This document shows positions 8,216 to 14,172 of a DNA stretch of 32,000 nucleotides, piece by piece. Source of the stretch: Rhodobacter capsulatus SB 1003. Lineage in GTDB: Bacteria > Pseudomonadota > Alphaproteobacteria > Rhodobacterales > Rhodobacteraceae. The notes below the pieces were generated by a model, which was given only the letters and a program-made list of their open reading frames with translations, made no database searches and was not told the DNA's origin. A program made the position numbers and the translations under genes. How positions within the stretch are numbered: the stretch's first letter is position 1; every line of letters begins with the position of its first letter. The stretch is taken from positions 1,710,001 to 1,742,000 of the forward strand of contig NC_014034.1 of assembly GCF_000021865.1 (NCBI RefSeq). Direction: 5' to 3'.

Positions 8216-9292
8216 TCACTTGCCGCGCGCGGCCCGGCGGGCTTCGCGGGCGGCCTTGCGTTCCTGCCGGTCGGCGCGGCGGGCGGCGCGGTCTTCGGCG
8301 CTTTCCCCTGCGGGCAATTCCACGGCGGGCTCTGCCGCCGCCGCGCCCAGATGCGCGCGGGTAAAGACCGCCATCACCTGTGCCACCGCAGCTTCGCGCA
8401 CCGAGCGCAGGTTCGGCTCGAACCAGCCCGCCCCGGCCCGGACCGACGTCACCAGCTCATAGGAGGGGAAATAATCCACCTCCGGGTGATCGTCCTGCAT
8501 CTCGCCCGCCACCGCGCGCAGCACGGATTTCGACAGCACCGTAGCGGGCAGCACATGCGCCTGCGACGCCGTCGCGGTCAGCGGCACCGGCGAGACGGTC
8601 AACAGCACCCGCAGCGCCGGGTTGAGCGCCCGGAGCCGCGCCAGCGCCGCTTCCAGATCGGCCTTGACCTCGGAGACACGGAAATTCGCAAACGCGTGGA
8701 TTTCGGGGTCGTAGCGGCCCGCGATCGTGCCGGGCGCGGTGGCATAGACCTGACCCGAGGGCTTGTGCAGCCAGGCCTCGGTCAGGCCCAGGGTGAAGAT
8801 GAAGACATCGGCCTGCGTGAAGACTTCACGCACCTTTTCAAGGTGTTGCGCGCGGGCGGCCCGGACCGCTTCGGCGCTTTCAAACCCGCCCGGTTCGATG
8901 TTCGGGCGCAAAGCGTCGTAAAACCGGCCGTCCTTTTCCCAGATCGCGTCGAAATCGCGGGGGCTGCCCCAGGCTTCCTCGAGCAGCTGGCGCAGCTGGC
9001 GGGTGGTGTAAAGGTTGCCATACCGGGCCGAATACATGTCATAGCCGTGGCTTGGCCCGTCTTCGGCGGCGATGCCCGCGGGGCGCGGCTCGGCATCGAG
9101 CACGTTGAAGCCGTTCCTGCGCAGGGCCCGGCCGACATGCTGGGCAAAGCAGGACCCGGCGGTGACGATGCGGTCGCCTTTCGTCAGCTCCCAGCGCGGC
9201 CGGTAAAGATCGGGCGGCGGATAGGCGGCCTCGGCGAGGCCAGTGCGCCAGAAGGCGCGGGCGTCAATGCCTTGATAGGGCGAGCGGGTCAT
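8216..9292 (-). CDS. GSCFA family protein (SGNH-like fold) with Arg/Glu-rich C-terminal tail
   Basis: 358 aa. It contains the eponymous motif TAGSCFAQH near the N-terminus. Its ATG overlaps the upstream stop (ATGA, 9289-9292). Confidence 0.9.
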   Translation of the reverse strand: MTRSPYQGIDARAFWRTGLAEAAYPPPDLYRPRWELTKGDRIVTAGSCFAQHVGRALRRNGFNVLDAEPRPAGIAAEDGPSHGYDMYSARYGNLYTTRQLRQLLEEAWGSPRDFDAIWEKDGRFYDALRPNIEPGGFESAEAVRAARAQHLEKVREVFTQADVFIFTLGLTEAWLHKPSGQVYATAPGTIAGRYDPEIHAFANFRVSEVKADLEAALARLRALNPALRVLLTVSPVPLTATASQAHVLPATVLSKSVLRAVAGEMQDDHPEVDYFPSYELVTSVRAGAGWFEPNLRSVREAAVAQVMAVFTRAHLGAAAAEPAVELPAGESAEDRAARRADRQERKAAREARRAARGK

Positions 9293-10101
9293 GCGGACAC
9301 TCCTTTGCGGCAGTAGGCCGCGGCGAGGGCGGGCTGGAGCGCGTCCCAGCAGGCCAGCCCGAAATCGGCGTTCATATGCGAGGCATCGGTGCCGCCGCCT
9401 TCGCCGGAAATCAGCCGCGAGGCCTCCTTGTTATAGGCGCCGCGGGTGGTGATGCCATCGGCCACGGTCTGCGGCGGCTGGGCGATGAACTGCGCCTGCG
9501 GGGCCAGCGCCGCGCCGACCGCGGTTTCGAACATCTGCCCCAGCGCCGGGCCGTCGCCCGCGGTGATCGCCGCATCCCAGCCGTAATCCGAGGTGCCCTC
9601 GGGCGCCTGCCGGGCCCAGTCGGCCCAATGCGGTTCGGCCAGCGCCAGCACGGGCCTGTCCGTCGCCTCTGCGATCGTGCGGGCATGTTCCACCAGCTGC
9701 GTCGTGCCGTAGCGCTCGGTCAGAAACGCCGCGGCAAAGGCCGGATGCACCAGCGTCTTGCCCGCAGTGCCGGCAAGCCCGACCCAGGCGTGGCTTTTGT
9801 AAAACCGCAAGATCCGCTTGGAGGAGACGTTCAGCCCCACCAGCACGAAAGCGTCGAAGCGGGACAGCTCGATCCGGTCATAGCCGCCCGAAAGCTGGCG
9901 GAAATGGCTGGCGATCTTTGGCCGCGTCGGCACCAGCGCCGTGCCCTGCAGCGCCACATGGCGCATCCCGTCCGAGGGCGCGCCGAAGAAGACCGGCTCG
10001 ACCGCCTCCCAGCCCGGGACATTGTCGGCGATCAGCCGGTCCCAGCCCAGTTTCAGCGCCGCAATATGGGAATTGCCGATCACGCACAGCCGCAGCGTCA
10101 T
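9289..10101 (-). CDS. SGNH-hydrolase-like protein
   Basis: Start at ATG 10101 (MTLRLCVIGNSH), which overlaps the upstream stop (ATGA, 10098-10101). It has a block-I-like VIGNSH and a block-V-like DASH (DxxH) near the C-terminus. 270 aa. Confidence 0.7.
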   Translation of the reverse strand: MTLRLCVIGNSHIAALKLGWDRLIADNVPGWEAVEPVFFGAPSDGMRHVALQGTALVPTRPKIASHFRQLSGGYDRIELSRFDAFVLVGLNVSSKRILRFYKSHAWVGLAGTAGKTLVHPAFAAAFLTERYGTTQLVEHARTIAEATDRPVLALAEPHWADWARQAPEGTSDYGWDAAITAGDGPALGQMFETAVGAALAPQAQFIAQPPQTVADGITTRGAYNKEASRLISGEGGGTDASHMNADFGLACWDALQPALAAAYCRKGVSA

Positions 10102-11105
10102 TTCGAGAACGCCTCCAGCAATTCGTCTTCGCACATCACTTTCGCGGTCTTGCCCCGGGCCTCGGCCCTTGCCTTGCGCCGGGCCCGCCGCTCGGGGTCC
10201 TTTGCCCGGCGCTTGCGGTCGGTCGCGGCATCGGGGGTATCGGCGTCGGGGGCGGCGCCCGCGACCAGATCGAGCAGATCGGCGCCGCCGCAGAGCCGCA
10301 CGACGAGCGAGGCCAGACGGTCGGGATCGGCGTCGTCGCCCGGGGCCAGCAGCCGCCCCACCAGCGCATCGAGCACCGGATCATGCCGCACCTGCGCCGT
10401 GCCGCGCGCCCAGTCGGCGGCACGGGCGGCCAGAAGCGCATGGCTCGCCCGGGTCTCGGCGCGCGCGCCGGGCGGGGCGGGCAGCACGATCAGGCAAAGC
10501 CGCAGCGCCGGGTTGAGCGCCTGCAGCCCCGCCCACAGCCGGGCAAAACCGGCGTCCAGATCCCGGGCGGTGGTGCGGGCCTCGGGCCAGTCGGGGGCAA
10601 GGAGGGCGGCGGGCGGGCGGGGAAAGACCTGCCCGCCATCCGGATCGGCCAGCAGCGCGGGCGTGCCAAGCGGCAGCACCAGCGTTTCGGCCTCCGCCAG
10701 CAGCCGCGCCAGCGCCCTCAGATGCGCCTGCCGATAGGCGGTGGCGGTGGCAAGATCGGGCAGGCCCGCCGGATCGACCTCGGGGCGGGCGGCATCGACC
10801 AGCGTGCCGTCGGGCTGCGGCCAGAACACCGGCTGCGCTTCGCCCCGCGCCGCCGCGATCAGCTGCGCGATCAGCCGCACATCGCCCAAAGCCCCGGCCC
10901 GCGCCGAGGCAAGCCCGTAGTGAAACTGCGCCAGAAGCGCCGCCGAGGCCTGTTTCGGCCCGGGTTCGGCATCGTCCAGCCGCGCGCCGCCGCGGCGCAG
11001 GGCCTGCGAAAAGGCCGGATCGCCGCCCAGAACCGTCAGCCGGACCGCGCCTTGCGGCACGGGCGGGGCGGGATCGGTGTCGGCCCTTGTCGTCTCGTCG
11101 CTCAT
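10098..11105 (-). CDS. degenerate GSCFA paralog lacking the GSCFA motif, with Arg/Lys-rich C-terminal tail
   Basis: 335 aa. ATG 11105 follows GGAAGGAAGG. LQALNPALRLCLIVLPAP aligns with LRALNPALRVLLTVSPVP of the GSCFA protein, and the two tails align (DR..R....ER.A...AR..ARGK). Confidence 0.7.
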   Translation of the reverse strand: MSDETTRADTDPAPPVPQGAVRLTVLGGDPAFSQALRRGGARLDDAEPGPKQASAALLAQFHYGLASARAGALGDVRLIAQLIAAARGEAQPVFWPQPDGTLVDAARPEVDPAGLPDLATATAYRQAHLRALARLLAEAETLVLPLGTPALLADPDGGQVFPRPPAALLAPDWPEARTTARDLDAGFARLWAGLQALNPALRLCLIVLPAPPGARAETRASHALLAARAADWARGTAQVRHDPVLDALVGRLLAPGDDADPDRLASLVVRLCGGADLLDLVAGAAPDADTPDAATDRKRRAKDPERRARRKARAEARGKTAKVMCEDELLEAFSK

Positions 11106-11344
11106 TCTGTCCTGCCTTCCTTCCGGCGCAGATTAGGCGCCGCGCCCGCAGTTTGAAAGCCAATCATGGACATTTGAGGGCAGTCCGGAGGTTTGCCTGC
11201 GGGGTTTTGCCTGCGGGCGCGGCGTGCGGGGACGGCGTGCGGGGACGGGGGCTGCCGGGGCTGCCGCCAAAATGTCGCACCGGGCTCGGCGGGCGGGTTG
11301 ACCTATGTCAAAGTGGATCGGGCCGTCCAGCCGCTAGAAGAGGC

Positions 11345-11470
11345 GCATCAGGTTCCCGATCTCCCTGAAACGGCGCAAGCCAGCGGAACCTGAAACAGAA
11401 CCCGGACGTTCTCCCTCGTCGGGTTCCAAATAACGCGCTGCGGGCCTCCCTCCCGCAGCGCTTTATTTTT
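11345..11470 (+). ncRNA. candidate trans-acting sRNA with three CU-rich (anti-SD-like) hairpin loops
   Basis: Stem-loops at 11349-11392, 11398-11426 and 11435-11461 each expose CUCCCU and are followed by TTTATTTTT. There is no credible ORF in the 445-bp gap. The 5' end is not defined because no clear promoter was found. Confidence 0.45.
11435..11470 (+). terminator. Rho-independent terminator (10-bp GC stem, loop CCTCCCT, T-tract)
   Basis: GCGCTGCGGG (11435-11444) pairs with CCCGCAGCGC (11452-11461), followed by TTTATTTTT (11462-11470). Confidence 0.75.
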
Positions 11471-11550
11471 GGCCGGTCGCCTTGGGGATTTCGCCTCGGC
11501 TGCGCCGAGGCGACCCGCCGGGCTGCGCCCCCGGACCCCCCCCGAAGATC

Positions 11551-12138
11551 TCAGATCACCTTGACCTGCGTGCCGACCGGGCAGAGCGGATAAAGTTCCT
11601 CGACCTGGGCATTGAACAGTCCGATGCAGCCCGAAGAGCTTTTGCGGCCGATCTTGCGGGTGTCATGGGTGCCGTGGATGATATAGGCGGGCCAGTCGAG
11701 ATACATCGCCCGGGTGCCCAGCGGATTGTCGGGGCCGGGCGGCATCGGGCGCAGGCTGGGATCGGCGGCGATCATCGAGGCGGTCGGCGTCCAGCTCGGG
11801 TTTTCGCGCTTGCGCACGATCTCGGTATAGCCGGTGCGGGTCAGCTCGGGGCTTTTCGGCACCGAGGTCGGGTAGATGCGATAATCCGCCCCCTCGGCCG
11901 CCCAGTAATGCAGCGCCTTCGAGACCGTGTCGGCGATCAGCGTCACCCGGTCGAGCCGGTCGAAATGCGCGCGCCAGTCGATCTGGCGGAAGCCCGAGAT
12001 ATTGGCGCGCGTCGGCGGCGCCACGATCGCGGGCTGGGCCGCCATCGGCACGTCTTGCGTATTCGCCCGCAGCAGCGAGGGCGCGAAAAGCGCGACGGTG
12101 CCCGAACCGAGCAGCAGACGACGGGTAAGACGGGGCAT
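11551..12138 (-). CDS. L,D-transpeptidase (YkuD domain), Tat/Sec-exported
   Basis: 195 aa. AGGAGG lies 5 nt before ATG 12138. N-terminal RRLLLGSG signal. Catalytic signature HGTHDTRKIGRKSSSGCIG (H..S.GC). Confidence 0.9.
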   Translation of the reverse strand: MPRLTRRLLLGSGTVALFAPSLLRANTQDVPMAAQPAIVAPPTRANISGFRQIDWRAHFDRLDRVTLIADTVSKALHYWAAEGADYRIYPTSVPKSPELTRTGYTEIVRKRENPSWTPTASMIAADPSLRPMPPGPDNPLGTRAMYLDWPAYIIHGTHDTRKIGRKSSSGCIGLFNAQVEELYPLCPVGTQVKVI

Positions 12139-12206
12139 CCGGACCTCCTGAAACAGCGTATTGCGGATGCATCATTCGCGCTCCGCGCCGCGGGGTCCAG
12201 TCAACT

Positions 12207-12228
12207 CCTGTCACGAGGCAGTGACAGG
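12207..12228. promoter_or_regulatory. perfect palindrome CCTGTCAC-N6-GTGACAGG upstream of the L,D-transpeptidase gene
   Basis: 8-bp arms at 12207-12214 and 12221-12228. It lies about 70-90 nt upstream of ATG 12138 on the minus strand. Confidence 0.4.
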
Positions 12229-12271
12229 ATGGGCGGTGACAGGGGGAGCCGTGACAGCAGGGGGGACAGCA
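12221..12271. repeat. four degenerate ~15-bp direct repeats GTGACAG-N-GGGG
   Basis: GTGACAG at 12221, 12235 and 12251, and GGACAGC at 12265, each followed by a G-run. They lie between the infC terminator and the ldt promoter region. Confidence 0.5.
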
Positions 12272-12294
12272 AAAGGCCCTCCGCAGGGAGGGCC
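12271..12294 (-). terminator. Rho-independent terminator of infC
   Basis: The minus strand reads GGCCCTCC-CTGC-GGAGGGCC followed by TTTT (plus-strand AAAA at 12271-12274), 26 nt after the infC stop. Confidence 0.7.
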
Positions 12295-12319
12295 CTTGTC
12301 GTGGCAGGGATCGCGGCGC

Positions 12320-12859
12320 TTATTTCGGCGCGATCATCATCACCATCTGGCGGCCTTCGAGCTTCGGCATCGATTCGACCTTGCCGGCATCGCCGACATC
12401 GCCCACGACCCGGTTCAGCAGCTCCATGCCAAGCTGCTGGTGCGCCATCTCGCGGCCGCGGAAGCGCAGCGTGACCTTGACCTTGTCGCCTTCCTCCAGG
12501 AATTTCATCACCGAGCGCATCTTGACCTCGTAGTCATGCGTGTCGGTGCCCGGACGGAACTTGATTTCCTTGATCTCGATGACCTTCTGCTTCTTGCGGG
12601 CCTCGGCCTCTTTCTTCTGCTGTTCGTATTTGAACTTGCCGAAGTCCATGATCTTGCAGACCGGCGGAACGGCGGTGGGCGAGATTTCCACGAGATCGAG
12701 CCCGGCCTCTTCGGCCATCTGCATCGCACGGGCGGGGGTGACCACGCCGACGTTTTCCCCATCCGCCCCGATCAGGCGGATTTCAGGCGCGCGGATGCGG
12801 TCGTTGATCCGGGGGCCGGTCTCGCGTTGCGGCGGGGCATTGTGCGGTCTGCGGGCTAT
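12320..12859 (-). CDS. infC: translation initiation factor IF-3, non-canonical ATA start
   Basis: The track ORF (12320..12745) begins inside the protein. The frame stays open upstream and reads [40 protein letters not shown], the conserved IF-3 N-domain start. ATA at 12857-12859 follows AAAGGAT. 179 aa. Confidence 0.9.
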   Translation of the reverse strand: MARRPHNAPPQRETGPRINDRIRAPEIRLIGADGENVGVVTPARAMQMAEEAGLDLVEISPTAVPPVCKIMDFGKFKYEQQKKEAEARKKQKVIEIKEIKFRPGTDTHDYEVKMRSVMKFLEEGDKVKVTLRFRGREMAHQQLGMELLNRVVGDVGDAGKVESMPKLEGRQMVMMIAPK

Positions 12860-13068
12860 GGCTGTGATCCTTTTGTGGTGCGCGGTTGGCGCGCAAAATA
12901 GGGGCAGGGGCCTTGTCTTTCAACCGGATTCCGCAGCCGGTTCGGCGGGAATCGGCTTGTGCTTCGAAAAAGGCGGCAATGCGACACGTTTCCTTATTCC
13001 CAAGTGCAGGCGATAGTTGGAATTGTTGATCGTTCCCATGAGAATCCCAACATGAAAAGGGGGGAAGA

Positions 13069-14052
13069 ATGACCGAAGTGAAATGGAAAGACCTGCCGCA
13101 AAATGCCAAGGCGACGCTTGGCATCATCGGCGGGGGGATCCTGCTGGCTCTGATCCTTGGCTTGATGTCGCCGGGTCGCACCGTGGTCACCGTGCCCGTT
13201 GATGAACTGCCGCCGGGTGTCCCGGCAACCCCGGCCGCCGCCGCCGCCGCTCCGGCTGCGGAAGCTGCCCCGGCCGCTGAGGCCCCGGCTGTCGAAGCTC
13301 CGGCCGCCGAGGCCCCGGCTGCGGAAGCTGCCCCGGCCGCTGAAGCCCCGGCTGCGGAAGCCGCTCCGGCTGTCGAAGCCCCGGCCGCTGAAGCTGCCCC
13401 GGCTGCGGAAGCTGCCCCGGCTGCGGAAGCTGCCCCGGCTGCGGAAGCTCCGGCCGCTGAAGCCCCGGCTGCGGAAGCTGCTCCGGCTGTCGAAGCTCCG
13501 GCCGCTGAAGCCCCGGCTGCGGAAGCTGCCCCGGCTGTCGAAGCTCCGGCCGCTGAAGCCCCGGCTGCGGAAGCTGCCCCGGCTGTCGAAGCTCCGGCCG
13601 CTGAAGCCCCGGCTGCGGAAGCTGCTCCGGCTGTCGAAGCTCCGGCCGCTGAAGCCCCGGCTGCGGAAGCTGCCCCGGCTGTCGAAGCTCCGGCCGCTGA
13701 AGCCCCGGCTGCGGAAGCTGCTCCGGCTGTCGAAGCTCCGGCCGCTGAAGCCCCGGCTGCGGAAGCCGCTCCGGCTGTCGAAGCTCCGGCCGCTGAAGCC
13801 CCGGCTGCGGAAGCCGCTCCGGCTGTCGAAGCTCCGGCCGCTGAAGCCCCGGCTGCGGAAGCTGCTCCGGCTGTCGAAGCTCCGGCCGCTGAAGCCCCGG
13901 CTGCGGAAGCTGCTCCGGCTGTCGAAGCTGCTCCGGTTGATCCGGTTGCCGCCGCGCTGGCCGCTGCCGAAGCTGCGAAACTCGCCGCCGAAGCCGCGAC
14001 CGCTGCCGCCGCCGCTGCCGAAGCTGCCGCCGCTGCCGCTGCCGCGAAATAA
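13069..14052 (+). CDS. membrane-anchored Ala/Pro/Glu repeat protein (APAAEAPAAEAAPAVE)n
   Basis: GGGGGGAAG RBS before ATG 13069. One N-terminal TM helix (LGIIGGGILLALILGLM). A strong terminator lies 24 nt after the stop. All differences between repeat units are synonymous only in this frame. Confidence 0.75.
   Translation: MTEVKWKDLPQNAKATLGIIGGGILLALILGLMSPGRTVVTVPVDELPPGVPATPAAAAAAPAAEAAPAAEAPAVEAPAAEAPAAEAAPAAEAPAAEAAPAVEAPAAEAAPAAEAAPAAEAAPAAEAPAAEAPAAEAAPAVEAPAAEAPAAEAAPAVEAPAAEAPAAEAAPAVEAPAAEAPAAEAAPAVEAPAAEAPAAEAAPAVEAPAAEAPAAEAAPAVEAPAAEAPAAEAAPAVEAPAAEAPAAEAAPAVEAPAAEAPAAEAAPAVEAPAAEAPAAEAAPAVEAAPVDPVAAALAAAEAAKLAAEAATAAAAAAEAAAAAAAAK
13447..13926 (+). repeat. tandem array of ten 48-bp units (in-frame, coding)
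   Basis: The unit is GCTCCGGCCGCTGAAGCCCCGGCTGCGGAAGCTGC[C/T]CCGGCTGTCGAA, with boundaries every 48 nt from 13447. Less regular related repeats span 13246-13446. Confidence 0.95.
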
Positions 14053-14075
14053 GCGCCGCAGGCCTGACATCGACA

Positions 14076-14107
14076 AACGCCGCCCTTCGGGGCGGCGTTT
14101 TCTTTTG
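14076..14107 (+). terminator. Rho-independent terminator of the repeat-protein gene
   Basis: AACGCCGCCC-TTCG-GGGCGGCGTT followed by TTCTTTTGG. Confidence 0.8.
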
Positions 14108-14122
14108 GTCCTCCGCCGCGCC

Positions 14123-14152
14123 AAAGAAAAAGGCCGCCCCGAAGGACGGCCC
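14123..14152 (-). terminator. Rho-independent terminator of fpr
   Basis: The minus strand reads GGGCCGTCC-TTCG-GGGCGGCC followed by TTTTTCTTTGG, 20 nt after the fpr stop. Confidence 0.75.
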
Positions 14153-14172
14153 GTTTCGAAATGCCGGAAGGC

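Noticed and set aside
9376-10737. 453-aa plus-strand ORF, along with similar ORFs at 9918..11156, 7195..8364 and 6806..7966
   Set aside because: These are shadow ORFs opposite or out of frame to the GSCFA, SGNH and GT61 genes. They are Arg/Ala/Gly/Pro-rich and have no start-site signals.
11385-11410. GGAAC-N17-CGTT, a perfect match to the alphaproteobacterial EcfG general-stress promoter consensus, ahead of the terminator hairpin
   Set aside because: The motif coincides with the arms of hairpins 1 and 2 of the sRNA candidate. A 9-base pattern like this is expected about 0.5 times per window by chance, and I cannot establish that the host has a PhyR/EcfG system. I keep it as an alternative only: it would give a ~50-nt single-hairpin RNA starting near 11418. 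TSS mapping would decide.
13447-13926. Possible CRISPR array, given the regular 48-bp periodicity
   Set aside because: The units are contiguous with no unique spacers. They are in-frame coding repeats, and no cas genes are present.
12994-14124. 376-aa minus-strand ORF (RSFDSRSSFRSRGFSG repeats) and 350-aa +2 frame ORF (13199..14251) over the tandem repeat
   Set aside because: Nucleotide differences between repeat units change amino acids in these frames but are all synonymous in the 13069..14052 frame. Only that frame has an RBS, a TM anchor and a terminator.
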